Assembly: GCA_963704885.1 (NCBI GenBank)
Contig: CAVPIB010000004.1
Coordinates: 640,001-704,000, forward strand
Origin: an uncultured Actinomycetes bacterium
Lineage (GTDB): Bacteria > Actinomycetota > UBA4738 > HRBIN12
Direction of reading: 5' to 3'
Length of the DNA: 64,000 nt
Shown here: positions 34,581 through 44,314 of the stretch, in pieces
How positions within the stretch are numbered: the first letter of the stretch is position 1
How the letters are laid out: each line of letters begins with the position of its first letter
The notes under the pieces: generated by a model
Seen by the model: the letters and a program-made list of their open reading frames with translations, nothing else
The model's database searches: none
What the model was told of the DNA's origin: nothing
Program-made: the position numbers and the translations under genes

Positions 34581-35371
34581 TGGTGAGCACTGCTGCGCCC
34601 ACGGAGCGACGTGTGTGGGCCCGAGAGCGATCCTCCGCCCGAGCCAAGGGGCCGACCGTCCGAGCCGGACGGGCGCAGCGCGAGGGCGCCACCGACGATG
34701 GCGACCGTCAGACCGAGCCCCACGCCCATCGCTCCGACCCTGCGCCGACGCGCACGACGGTCACGAAGTCGCGCAGCGTCGCCCAGGTCGAAACCCGCAG
34801 GTCAGAGGCAAGTCGAGACCTGCGAGTCGCTCGAGCACGTGCTTGACGTGCATCCGTCGGTGTCTCCGTTCCGGAGGCTGGCAGGGCGACGCGTTCGCGT
34901 GCCGCGAGGACGCGAACGGTGGCCGGGCCGATTCCTCATCGCCATCGCCTCGTCGTGCGATCGGCATGTCGACGTAGCTCCGATCACGACCAGGCGTGCA
35001 CGTTCGGAGGCGGCCAGCGCGCCGAGCGCGCGCACCACGACATCGCGCGCCTCCACAGCCTCGAGATCGCGCGGGACTCCGAACTTGAGACGGCGTGGCG
35101 AAGCGCGACGGCGGCCCGTCGTCGGCGATTCCGGAAGGACGCTCATGCGCTCCGGACGAGATAGGCCGAGGGGTCGTCAGGATCGCCGTGCCGGTCCCAC
35201 TGCTCCAAGTCCCGCAGGCACCGTGCTAGCGCGATGTCCTCCGCCTCGTGGCGATCACGGGTGATCACGCCAGAGCGCTGAGGACAGCCGGTCGCGCTCT
35301 TCGGCGAACAGCCTGACGGACGTCGCCGACCCGAAGGCATCCTCGATCGCCGGCGACGACGAAGTATCCAT
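34580..35371 (-). pseudogene. Degenerate ECF sigma factor plus a fragment of a downstream membrane-anchored (anti-sigma-like) gene
   Basis: Pieces across frames: RLSSALW/VITRDRHEAEDIA, WDR...DDPSAYL, AVEARDVVVRALGAL and PATVRVLA; then a transmembrane-like GVGLGLTVAIVGGALAL. Many indels. Confidence 0.55.
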
Positions 35372-35540
35372 TGGTGACACGGACACCAAAGGACTCGATC
35401 ATGTTGACGCGGGCTCGCATCGTCTGCGAGCCGCGCCAGCTCCGCGAATAGCCGGGCGCGGCGCGCTCGCCCAGCGTCTTCTTGCTCGAAGCTGTCGAAC
35501 CGGCCTACCGTCGTCGCGGCACGCGTAGATCCGGGAACGG

Positions 35541-35566
35541 GAAAGGGTGCCGGCCTCCCGACACCT
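35541..35566 (-). terminator. Probable terminator downstream of the tRNA
   Basis: Minus strand GGTGTCGG-GAGG-CCGGCACC followed by CTTT. Confidence 0.5.
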
Positions 35567-35585
35567 CTGACCTGCGCTTTCTTCG

Positions 35586-35659
35586 TCGCGGGGACAGGAT
35601 TTGAACCTGTGACCTCTGGGTTATGAGCCCAGCGAGCTACCGGACTGCTCCACCCCGCA
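35586..35659 (-). tRNA. Initiator tRNA-fMet (CAT); CCA not encoded
   Basis: TGCGGGGTGGAGCAGTCCGGTAGCTCGCTGGGCTCATAACCCAGAGGTCACAGGTTCAAATCCTGTCCCCGCGA; GGG/CCC anticodon stem and non-Watson-Crick 1:72 pair. Confidence 0.95.
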
Positions 35660-35664
35660 CGAAG

Positions 35665-35694
35665 ATGCTAGCCGAGGGCTCGACATCTCGACAA
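35665..35694 (-). promoter_or_regulatory. Sigma70-type promoter for the tRNA
   Basis: TTGTCG-N18-TAGCAT, ending 5 nt before the tRNA 5' end. Confidence 0.6.
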
Positions 35695-35763
35695 GCACGG
35701 CGGGGGGTAGGGCGACTGAACTCCGTCTGTTCGGCCGGGAACGATCCGCATGTCCAGGCGCGG

Positions 35764-36369
35764 CTAGGCCCGCCTCCGCCATAGGGGCCGCTTACCCCGG
35801 TTCACGTCGGTGATGAACTCGTCGATGCCGGCGAGCTTCCCCAAGATGCGGTCGATGCGGCCGTTAGGCTCCGGATCCGGGTCGACCGGGAGATCGAGGC
35901 GCGCCGCCGCCGAACCGTCGGCCGAATCCGCCAGGGCCGCCAGACGGACGGCTCCCTGCAGGTCCGTCGATCCCTGCTTCAGGCGTGCGAGGTCCTCGAG
36001 CGACGCGACCCGCGTCGCCACACCGTGGCTGAGGGTCACTTCGGTGGCGTTCGCGTCGAGCGCGGCGAACTCCGCGGCGTTCTCGAGGCAACCTAGATGC
36101 CCGAACGGCGTGTTGAACACTGCTCTGTGCTCGTCCCCACCGGTTGCGTCGCCGAGCTGGGCCCCCAGCTGCTGCAGCGCGAGCGACACGCGCGCCAGGT
36201 TCTGCTCGTCGTCGGGGACGCAGATGTCGACGTCGTCGGTATCCAGCGGCGCACCATGGATCGCGGCCGCCAACTCGCCGACCAGCACGTATCGAACACC
36301 GTGCGACCGCAAGCCGGCAAGGATCCGCAGCGCATCGACAGCCTCAGGCATGCTTCCCACCTCCCCCAC
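35764..36369 (-). CDS. Nucleotidyltransferase-fold hypothetical protein
   Basis: GVRYVLVGELAAAIHG..LDTDDVDI and RVASLEDLARLK resemble small Pol-beta-superfamily NTases. Confidence 0.6.
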   Translation of the reverse strand: MGEVGSMPEAVDALRILAGLRSHGVRYVLVGELAAAIHGAPLDTDDVDICVPDDEQNLARVSLALQQLGAQLGDATGGDEHRAVFNTPFGHLGCLENAAEFAALDANATEVTLSHGVATRVASLEDLARLKQGSTDLQGAVRLAALADSADGSAAARLDLPVDPDPEPNGRIDRILGKLAGIDEFITDVNRGKRPLWRRRA

Positions 36370-36426
36370 ACCATCATCGGCGCGGGGCTATCCACACCTT
36401 GAAGGGCAACCAGAGGGTCGCTGGCG

Positions 36427-37302
36427 CTACGAGGGGGCTGCGGGCGTCGTGGACACGGCTTCCCGGAACGCCGAGAGACGAGCCTCGATCGCCGGATCGT
36501 CGGCGAGCCTGCCGAGATGCCCCTCTCTTCCGCGGATCACCAGGAAGACCTCCTTCCAGAACTTCGCCCTGGGGGCCCCCACCGCAGCCCCCGTTCCCAT
36601 CTGGAAGGCCCACCGCATCAGGGCGTCCACTTCGTCCCTCGTCACGACATCGACATGGACCCCTCGTCTGGTCAAGAACGCGAGAGAGTCCTCGTGATGG
36701 TCGACCACGTCTCCGATCGAAGCCCCGGGGAACACCTGGAGAAGTTCCCCCTCCCATAGCCGCGGTCCACGGCTCGACGTGGCCGTACAGGCCATGCCAT
36801 GACGATCCGCGACCAGCGACGTCAACTCCACGTCAGGAGCGCCTTCCTTCCTCTGGCGCCGTGCCGTCATGACCTGCGCCACGACGCTATCGCGCACGCG
36901 CAGGAGCACGATCTCGATCGTGCCGTTCGGACAGCGACGAGCCCTGATCGCTCCGAATCCTGCGGCGATGAGCCCGTCGACGCACTCCACCAACACGGTG
37001 GGAACCTCGCCCTCGAGGGGCTCGCCAGGCCGGGGGCCGGAGACGAGTTCTCGACGTAGGCAACGCCTCAACCCTGCCAAGCGAACGATGAACAGAAACA
37101 CTTCGAAGAGCCAGATCCCTCCCACGAGGACAGGGATCGCCCGCCAGCCCTCCAACCAGCCAGCGGGTAGGGCCACGATCACGAGGACGACCAAGAACGC
37201 ACCCCGGGCTCCGGTTCGCTTCAGGACCTCCCTCCTCGGGAGCCGACGAGAGAAGGACACCCACTGGTAGCCGAGCAGCCCGATGCATGCGCCTAAGATC
37301 AC
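36427..37302 (-). CDS. Hypothetical membrane protein (start uncertain)
   Basis: About three hydrophobic N-terminal segments followed by a soluble domain, in the 3' half of ORF 36427..37995. Confidence 0.5.
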   Translation of the reverse strand: MILGACIGLLGYQWVSFSRRLPRREVLKRTGARGAFLVVLVIVALPAGWLEGWRAIPVLVGGIWLFEVFLFIVRLAGLRRCLRRELVSGPRPGEPLEGEVPTVLVECVDGLIAAGFGAIRARRCPNGTIEIVLLRVRDSVVAQVMTARRQRKEGAPDVELTSLVADRHGMACTATSSRGPRLWEGELLQVFPGASIGDVVDHHEDSLAFLTRRGVHVDVVTRDEVDALMRWAFQMGTGAAVGAPRAKFWKEVFLVIRGREGHLGRLADDPAIEARLSAFREAVSTTPAAPS

Positions 37303-37416
37303 GGCGAGGTCAGTGCGGATGCGACACCTCCAGGGACATCTCCACCGAACGAATCGACCGAACGAGCAGGTCGCTTGAGACGCGCACGCCCCGCCGGTGC
37401 TGGGTAGCATCGCCCC

Positions 37417-38973
37417 ATGGCACGAACCGTTTCCTCCATCGTCGGAGATGCGTCGACCGGCACCTCGCCCGGGGGACGGCTCACCGTCGCGAACCCAGCC
37501 GACCTGTCGGAGACCTTTACCGAAGCACTCCTGGGCGATGCCGGCACGTTCGTCGACGCTTGTCGAACGGCGCGGGCCGCGCAGCCGGGCTGGGCGGCGG
37601 TCCCCGCCCCCGTCCGTGGACGCGTCATCCAGCAACTCGGACGCCTGGTGGAGGAGAACGAAGAGGCGCTCTCCCAACTGATCACCCGCGAGATCGGCAA
37701 GCCGATCAAGGAGTCGCGCGGCGAGGTGCAGGAGGTCATCGACACCTGCAACTTCTTCCTGGGTGAGGGACGCCGGCTCTACGGGCAAACGGTGCCTTCG
37801 GAGATGCCCGATAAGCAGCTCTTCACGTTCCGCATGCCGGTCGGCGTGGCCGCGATCATCACGGCGGGGAACTTCCCGGTCGCGGTCCCCTCTTGGTACC
37901 TGGTCCCGGCTCTCCTGTGCGGCAACGCCGTGGTCTGGAAGCCCGCCGAGTACACACCGGCCATCGCTGAGGCGTTCGCGCAGCTGATCCTTCACGCCGG
38001 GCTCCCCGAGGACGCCTTCAGCATGGTGCTCACCGACGGGACCCAGACGTTCGCCGGTCTGGAGCGTGCGCTGGACGACGGCCTCGTGGACAAGGTCGGA
38101 TTCACCGGCTCAACCGATGTGGGCCGGCGGATCGGCGAGCTCTGCGGACGTCACCTCCAATCGCCGTGCCTCGAGCTGGGCGGCAAGAACCCGCTCGTGG
38201 TCATGCCCGACGCTGACCTCGACCTGGCCGTGGAGGGCGCGCTGTTCAGCGGGTTCGGGACGGCGGGCCAGCGTTGCACCTCGCTCGGCATAGCGATCGT
38301 TCACGCCGACGTCCACGACGACTTCATGGCGCGGTTCGACAAGGCGGCAGGCGAGGCGGCGATCGGCGACCCGACGCAGGACGTGCTCTACGGACCCATG
38401 ATCAGCCAGCGGTTCTGCGACCGGTTCCTCGGATGGCTCGATCTGATCCAGCCGCACCACCGCGTCAGCGGCTCCACAGGCATCGGGCGCATCACGGCCG
38501 CCAACCCGCGCGAGGGGTTCGTGGGCGACCCCGACATGGGCATCTACTGCCACCCGACGATCGTGGATGGAGTGCGCGCCGAGGACGCGCTGTACTCGAC
38601 CGAGACGTTCGGCCCTATCGTGGCGGTCGCCTCGTTCGACACGTTCGATCAGGCGATGGATCTGGCGAACGGCCACGGGTACGGGCTGTCGTCGTCGATC
38701 TACACGCGCGATCCGCTGAGCGCGTTCCGGTTCCGCGAGCGCATCTCGGCCGGGATGGTGAGCGTTAACAACTCCACGTCGGGCGCCGAGGCGCACCTGC
38801 CCTTCGGCGGCAACGGACGGAGCGGGAACGGCAGCCGTCAGTCCGGCATCTGGGTCCTGGATCAGTTCACCCGCTGGCAGGCCATGAACTGGGACTACTC
38901 GGGACACCTGCAGAAGGCGCAGATGGACGTGGCCGACCTCGAAGCCGACCTGAGCTTCCGCCTAGAAGGCTGA
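37417..38973 (+). CDS. Aldehyde dehydrogenase family protein
   Basis: AGNFP, WKP, FTGSTDVG, LELGGKNP, AGQRCTS, ETFGP and PFGG. Confidence 0.92.
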   Translation: MARTVSSIVGDASTGTSPGGRLTVANPADLSETFTEALLGDAGTFVDACRTARAAQPGWAAVPAPVRGRVIQQLGRLVEENEEALSQLITREIGKPIKESRGEVQEVIDTCNFFLGEGRRLYGQTVPSEMPDKQLFTFRMPVGVAAIITAGNFPVAVPSWYLVPALLCGNAVVWKPAEYTPAIAEAFAQLILHAGLPEDAFSMVLTDGTQTFAGLERALDDGLVDKVGFTGSTDVGRRIGELCGRHLQSPCLELGGKNPLVVMPDADLDLAVEGALFSGFGTAGQRCTSLGIAIVHADVHDDFMARFDKAAGEAAIGDPTQDVLYGPMISQRFCDRFLGWLDLIQPHHRVSGSTGIGRITAANPREGFVGDPDMGIYCHPTIVDGVRAEDALYSTETFGPIVAVASFDTFDQAMDLANGHGYGLSSSIYTRDPLSAFRFRERISAGMVSVNNSTSGAEAHLPFGGNGRSGNGSRQSGIWVLDQFTRWQAMNWDYSGHLQKAQMDVADLEADLSFRLEG

Positions 38974-38982
38974 GGTCCGCCC

Positions 38983-41826
38983 CTACGGGGAGGGGCTCGC
39001 CGACGGGCTCACCGAGGCGCCGCCGGTCTGCTGCACCAGCAGCTCGTTCGCCTGCTCCACCAGGGTCTGCGCCGCCTGCAGCTCCCGCTGATAGGTGGCC
39101 AGGTCCCCGGCACGCAGGGCCACGTCGGCGGCAAGGAAGTGCTCGACCGCCTGATCGAGCAGGTCCGCAACCTGTTCATCGATCGTTCCGATTGGCGGCG
39201 GTTCCTCTCCGCCTCCCGTGCTGGGCTGCTGACCGGTGGTGGACGCGAGGAGCGCCTCGGACAGGGTGATGCCGACCCCGACCGTGTCCCCGTTCACCAC
39301 GATGATCCGCTTCAGCTCGGGGATCGAGCTCTCCTGGTTCGAACGGACGTAGACCGGTTGCACGTAGAGCAGCGAATCGTTGATCGGGATCACCAGGAAG
39401 TCGCCGAAGACGATCCTCGACCCCACCTGACCCAGCAACGTGCGGAACGTCGAGAAGGTGGGGTCCTGGTTGATCTGCGCGAACACCTGGGTGGGACCGT
39501 CCACGTTGCGTCCCGCCGGGAACGTATACGCCACCATGTCTCCGTAGGAGCCCGGATCGGAGCTGACCGCCAACCACGACACCAGGTTCTGACGCTCGGC
39601 CGGCGTGAACGGGAGGATCAGCATGAATCGCTCGTCGGTCTCCTCCGGCAATCGCATCAGCGAGTAGTAGGGGCGGAGCGGACCCGACGAAGCCGAGTCG
39701 CCGCTCGCCGAGGGTTGGTTGGCCGAGATGGTGGGGTCGATCGGGATCTGCCAGACGTCCTGCTTCTGGAAGAAGACCGTCGTATCCGTGACGTGATACG
39801 TGGCGAACTGCGTCGCCTGCACCTGGAACAGACCCTCCGGATAACGGAAGTGCGCCACCAGGTCGGCGGGTGCCTCCGACAGAGGCGTGAACAGATCCGG
39901 GAACGCCGCCGCCCACGCCTGTACGATCGGGTCGTCCTCGTCGACGATGTAGTACTTCATGGTTCCGTCGTACGCGTCGACCGTCACCTTCACGGAGTTG
40001 GTCATGTAGTTGGCGCCGCCCTGAATGGCGCCGTCCGTCGCCGTGCCGAGGTCGATCTCCTGCGAGTACGGGTATTCGACGCTGGTCGTGTACGCATCCC
40101 AGATCCACGTCAGGCGTCCATCCACCACCGCGAAGTACGGATCCTCGTCGAGGGTCAGGAACGGCGCCGGCTTCGGTACACGCTCTTCGAGGGATCGGTT
40201 GATCATGATCCGGCTGTCGGGCTTGATGAGGCCCGAGATCAGCAGGTTCACGTCCTTGAAGCGCCAGGCGAACAGCGCCCGCTGCAACATGTTGCCCACC
40301 GGGATCCCGCCCGTGCCGTCATATGAGTATCCGGATGGGGCGCCCTCGTAGTCCAACTCCTGCGCACCGGTATTCGTCATCACGAACGGGACATCCGCTA
40401 CCTCGCCGAAATAGATCCGGGGTTCGTCGACCTGCGGAACGCCCACCGGAGGGATGTCGCTCAGCGAAAGGACAGGGGCACCCTCGCTCGTGGCCGTGTT
40501 CACCTGCGCCGCGACGGCTCCGTACCCGTGGGTATACACGAGATGTTGGTTCTGCCATGAGCGGCCGGATGCGGAGATGCCGTTCTGGCTGATCTCGCGA
40601 CCCGACACCATGAGGACTCGTGGCGCACCGGAGAGCGGATAACGATCCACGTCCACGTCGTGGAACTCGTAGTACTGGCGGATGCGTTGCAGCGACTGGA
40701 AGTTCTCGCCCAGCACGGTAGGACGCCACAGCCGGATGTTCGATACGGTGACCTGGTTCTCTTCGAGTGCGTCTGCCGAGACGTTCAGGTCGGCCGGACG
40801 CTCCGAGACCGCGATCGCATCCAACCCGAACGCCCGACGGGTCGCCTCGATGTTGTAGGCGATGTAGGGCGCTTCGCGCTGCTGCTCCTGCGGCTCCACC
40901 CTGAACTTCTGCACGAAAGCCGGGTACGCCGTGCCCAAGAGCACCGACACCAACGCCAAGAGCCCGACGGCGATCACCGGCAGGCTCCAAAGCCGGACGC
41001 GGATGTTCACCACGAACAGCACCGCACAGATCACCGCCACGATCGCCAGGAAGTTGAGCGCCGGTAGCTGCGCATGGACGTCGGTGTAGGACGCTCCCTC
41101 GACCACCCCGCGCGGCGAGGTCAACAGATCGAACCGGCCCAAGTAGTAGCCCCAGGCCTTGGCGACCATGATCAGGCCAAGGAGCACCGAAAGGTGCGCC
41201 CGGACGGGGGGCGTCACCTTATCGGCGAACGCCGGCGCCTGCGGCTGGATGCCGCCCCAGAGGAAGTGAGCGATCCCCACGATCACCGTCACGCCCACGA
41301 GAGAGGAGAAAAGCCACCCCTGCACGAAGCGCAGCCACGGGAGAGAGAACACGTAGAAGGCGGGGTCGCGACCGAACAGGGGCTCCGGCGATCCGAACGA
41401 CAACCCGGACCCGTTGCGCCACAGCAGGAACGTCCGCCACTGTTGAGCTACGCCGATCCCCACGAGCAGCGCCAGCGCGGCGGCTCCGAGTGGGATCATC
41501 CACCCCAGGTGAGGCTCGATGTTCTGCCTCACCCGTTCCACCATCTCCTGCTCGGGGGTAAGGATCCGGGTCGTCGGGGTGGTCCGGCGAACGATCAGCA
41601 TGTTCGCGTAGAGCAGACCGAAGAACAGCAACCCGAAGACCAGCCCCAGCAGCACCTTGGTCCGCAGCACTGTCCAGAAGACGCTCTGGAGGTCGACCTC
41701 GCGGAACCAGAGCAGGTCGACGTAGAACCCCGACATCACCGTGAAGATGATGAACAGGAGGATGAAGATGCCGATCGCGACGATCGGCCACCGGCGCGTA
41801 CCCGCCGGGATGGTCCTTCGCATCAT
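38983..41826 (-). CDS. UPF0182 family membrane protein
   Basis: YVDLLWF, FYVFSLP, GASYTDVHAQLP, DVDRY, HLVYTHGYG, HFRYPE and LLYVQPVY. Confidence 0.92.
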   Translation of the reverse strand: MMRRTIPAGTRRWPIVAIGIFILLFIIFTVMSGFYVDLLWFREVDLQSVFWTVLRTKVLLGLVFGLLFFGLLYANMLIVRRTTPTTRILTPEQEMVERVRQNIEPHLGWMIPLGAAALALLVGIGVAQQWRTFLLWRNGSGLSFGSPEPLFGRDPAFYVFSLPWLRFVQGWLFSSLVGVTVIVGIAHFLWGGIQPQAPAFADKVTPPVRAHLSVLLGLIMVAKAWGYYLGRFDLLTSPRGVVEGASYTDVHAQLPALNFLAIVAVICAVLFVVNIRVRLWSLPVIAVGLLALVSVLLGTAYPAFVQKFRVEPQEQQREAPYIAYNIEATRRAFGLDAIAVSERPADLNVSADALEENQVTVSNIRLWRPTVLGENFQSLQRIRQYYEFHDVDVDRYPLSGAPRVLMVSGREISQNGISASGRSWQNQHLVYTHGYGAVAAQVNTATSEGAPVLSLSDIPPVGVPQVDEPRIYFGEVADVPFVMTNTGAQELDYEGAPSGYSYDGTGGIPVGNMLQRALFAWRFKDVNLLISGLIKPDSRIMINRSLEERVPKPAPFLTLDEDPYFAVVDGRLTWIWDAYTTSVEYPYSQEIDLGTATDGAIQGGANYMTNSVKVTVDAYDGTMKYYIVDEDDPIVQAWAAAFPDLFTPLSEAPADLVAHFRYPEGLFQVQATQFATYHVTDTTVFFQKQDVWQIPIDPTISANQPSASGDSASSGPLRPYYSLMRLPEETDERFMLILPFTPAERQNLVSWLAVSSDPGSYGDMVAYTFPAGRNVDGPTQVFAQINQDPTFSTFRTLLGQVGSRIVFGDFLVIPINDSLLYVQPVYVRSNQESSIPELKRIIVVNGDTVGVGITLSEALLASTTGQQPSTGGGEEPPPIGTIDEQVADLLDQAVEHFLAADVALRAGDLATYQRELQAAQTLVEQANELLVQQTGGASVSPSASPSP

Positions 41827-41887
41827 ATGAACGCAGCCTAACGCATGCCGCCAGATACCACCCTTCGAGGCGTCCTCGGGCGGCGCC

Positions 41888-42868
41888 TCAGGTCTGGAGC
41901 GCGTCGAGCGCGTCCTGGAGTTTGGCCACCGAGATGAGCTGCATGTCGCCGGTGTCCACTCCCGCAACCTCCACCATGTTGTCGGCCGGCACCAAGAAGA
42001 TCTGGGCGCCGGCGCGCTCGGCGCCTTCGACCTTGTCGAGGATCCCGCCGATCGGCCCGACGCGACCGCGTGTGTCGATCGTCCCCGTGCCGGCGACCGT
42101 CCGGCCGGCCGTCAGATCGCCGGGCGTGAGCAGGTCATACAGCCCGAGCGCCCACATCAGCCCCGCCGACGGGCCCCCGACATCGCCGCTCGAGATGTCC
42201 ACGTCGAACGGGAACTGGTCGATCAGGTTCACACCCACGAGCGGGCGTTCGCTCCCTGCGCACCTGGCTCGCGTAACGGTGACCGCGTGCGTCTCGCCGC
42301 CCGCGGCCACCTCGAACGTGATGGGTTCGTGTAGGGGAGTGTCATCGAGCGCCTCGGCCGCGTCGTCTTGGGAGTGGATCGCCTCGCCGTCGATCTGGCT
42401 GACCACGTCGCCAGCGAAGAGCTCCCCCTCGGCCGGGCAACCCGGGAACACGAACTCGATCAAGGCGCCGTCCCCGTGCTCCTCGGGGTAGTCCGCCAGC
42501 CGTCTGAGGACCACCGACGTGGCATCGATCTTGCTCTGATCCATCTGCGAGAGCGCCCGCTCGACCTCCTGTTCCGCGGTCTCTCCGGGCGGATACAGCA
42601 CCTCGCGGGACACCACGGCCTGGTGCGGATCGAGCCAGGCCACCAGAGCGCCGATCGCGCTCACCTCGTGGAAGCTGACCGTGGTCATGATCAGCTTCCC
42701 CTCCGAAGGGAACTCCTGATGACCGCTCACGTGGATCAGCGGCTGGACGTCGCGGGCGGGACCCGGTCCGAGCGCGTAGTACGGCAAGCGCACCCACCCC
42801 AGGAGGAAGGCCAGGCCGAGCGCGAGGACCACCCCGAACCCGGTGAGGAGACGTCGGAACCGTGCCAT
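41888..42868 (-). CDS. PDZ domain / Lon-like S16 protease (YlbL family)
   Basis: LPYY..GPG, GGPSAGLMWAL, AGTGTI and GPIGGILDK. Confidence 0.88.
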   Translation of the reverse strand: MARFRRLLTGFGVVLALGLAFLLGWVRLPYYALGPGPARDVQPLIHVSGHQEFPSEGKLIMTTVSFHEVSAIGALVAWLDPHQAVVSREVLYPPGETAEQEVERALSQMDQSKIDATSVVLRRLADYPEEHGDGALIEFVFPGCPAEGELFAGDVVSQIDGEAIHSQDDAAEALDDTPLHEPITFEVAAGGETHAVTVTRARCAGSERPLVGVNLIDQFPFDVDISSGDVGGPSAGLMWALGLYDLLTPGDLTAGRTVAGTGTIDTRGRVGPIGGILDKVEGAERAGAQIFLVPADNMVEVAGVDTGDMQLISVAKLQDALDALQT

Positions 42869-42941
42869 GGCAGCCGGGCCATCGTACGGGAGCCGGGATG
42901 AACGGCCGGGACGATGGGAGTACGCTCGCCCGGACGACCTC

Positions 42942-43256
42942 ATGGCCTATGTGATCGTGTTCGCCGCCGCGCTGGTTACGGGCGCCCTCGTGTTCTGGCT
43001 GACGCTCCGCGCCGGCCGGGTCAACGTCGCCGACGGCGGAGATGGGTTCCTTCCCGAGGCCTTGACCGGCCCCGCGGGTTCGCCTGGATCGGGGGCATAC
43101 GTGCCGCTCAGCGCGGACCGGCGATCTTGGCAGACGCGGACCGTCGGCGTATTGGGGCTGCTGATCGCGATCACCGTCGCGACAGCGCTCCTGGCGTTCA
43201 CGCTCTACCAGGCGGGTTCGGCTGTCGCGCACATGCTCAACGACTTCGCGTCGTAG
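42942..43256 (+). CDS. Small hypothetical membrane protein
   Basis: Two hydrophobic segments; fills the gap between the PDZ gene and mreB. Confidence 0.55.
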   Translation: MAYVIVFAAALVTGALVFWLTLRAGRVNVADGGDGFLPEALTGPAGSPGSGAYVPLSADRRSWQTRTVGVLGLLIAITVATALLAFTLYQAGSAVAHMLNDFAS

Positions 43257-43294
43257 TCAGCGGGAGGCAGGATCCGTCGCGGCGCTGGAGGAAG

Positions 43295-44314
43295 TCATAG
43301 GTTCACCTTCCGTCGCACGAGCTGGAAGGAGGTCTGGTAATCGGCCAGGTGCTCCAGCATCCTCCCCGCCCCGACCACCACGGTCTCGAGCGGACGCTCG
43401 GTGGCGTGGACGGCCACCTCGCACTCCTGCGCTAGCAGCATGTCGAGGCCTCGGAGCATGCTCCCGCCGCCCGTCAGGAACAACCCTGTCTCCAAGATGT
43501 CGTGCGTGAGCTCCGGTGGCGCCTCGGCCAGACATAGACGCGCCGTATCCACGATGCCTCGGACGGTGCCGGACATGGCCTGGCGCACCTCGTCCTCGGT
43601 CACCGTGACCTCGACCGTGTTGCCGCTGGCGAGCTCCCGGCCGATCATCACCGCCGCCTTGCCGGTCGAGCTGGGGTACGCCGAACCGATGGCGATCTTG
43701 ATCTCCTCGGCCGCCTTCTCACCGATCGCCACGCCATAGCGTTGGCGGATGTGCTCCTGGATCGCTACGTCCAGGTCGAACCCTCCGAGCTGGACCGAGC
43801 GGCCGCTCACCACACCACCCATCGAGACGACCGCCATCTCGGAGCGCCCGCCGCCAACGTCTACGATCAGGTTGCCGATCGGTTCGTGGACGGGAAGGCC
43901 GGCGCCGATCGCGGCAGCCAACGGTTCTTCCACGAGCGTCACGTTGCGTCCGCCACCCGCGAACTTGATCGCCTCCTCGATCGCGCGCTTCTCCACCTCC
44001 GAGGCCACGGACGGAACCGCGACCAGAACGCGGGGCTTCGGGAAGCGCGATGCCACCGAGCGCTTGACCACGACCTCCAACATCCGCTGCGTGATGTCGA
44101 ACTCGGTCATGACGCCTGTCCGCAGCGGCCGCACCGCCACCACGCTGCCAGAGTCACCGCCGATCAGGTGCCAGACCTCGTCACCCATGGCCAGGACCTC
44201 ACCGCTGCCGCCGTGCACCGCTACGACGGTCGGCTGGTCGAACACCACACCATCACCCTGTCGGTAGACGAGCGTATTGGCCGTCCCCAGGTCGATCGCT
44301 AGGTCTCTGCCCAT
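43295..44314 (-). CDS. mreB: MreB/Mbl family actin homolog (orphan, divergent)
   Basis: AIDLGTANTLVY, EEPLAAAIGAGLP, VDVGGG, AEEIKIAIGSA and LTGGG. Confidence 0.88.
   Translation of the reverse strand: MGRDLAIDLGTANTLVYRQGDGVVFDQPTVVAVHGGSGEVLAMGDEVWHLIGGDSGSVVAVRPLRTGVMTEFDITQRMLEVVVKRSVASRFPKPRVLVAVPSVASEVEKRAIEEAIKFAGGGRNVTLVEEPLAAAIGAGLPVHEPIGNLIVDVGGGRSEMAVVSMGGVVSGRSVQLGGFDLDVAIQEHIRQRYGVAIGEKAAEEIKIAIGSAYPSSTGKAAVMIGRELASGNTVEVTVTEDEVRQAMSGTVRGIVDTARLCLAEAPPELTHDILETGLFLTGGGSMLRGLDMLLAQECEVAVHATERPLETVVVGAGRMLEHLADYQTSFQLVRRKVNL

Noticed and set aside
35400-35660. Integrated element or prophage at tRNA-Met
   Set aside because: No integrase and no duplicated tRNA 3' end seen in the window.
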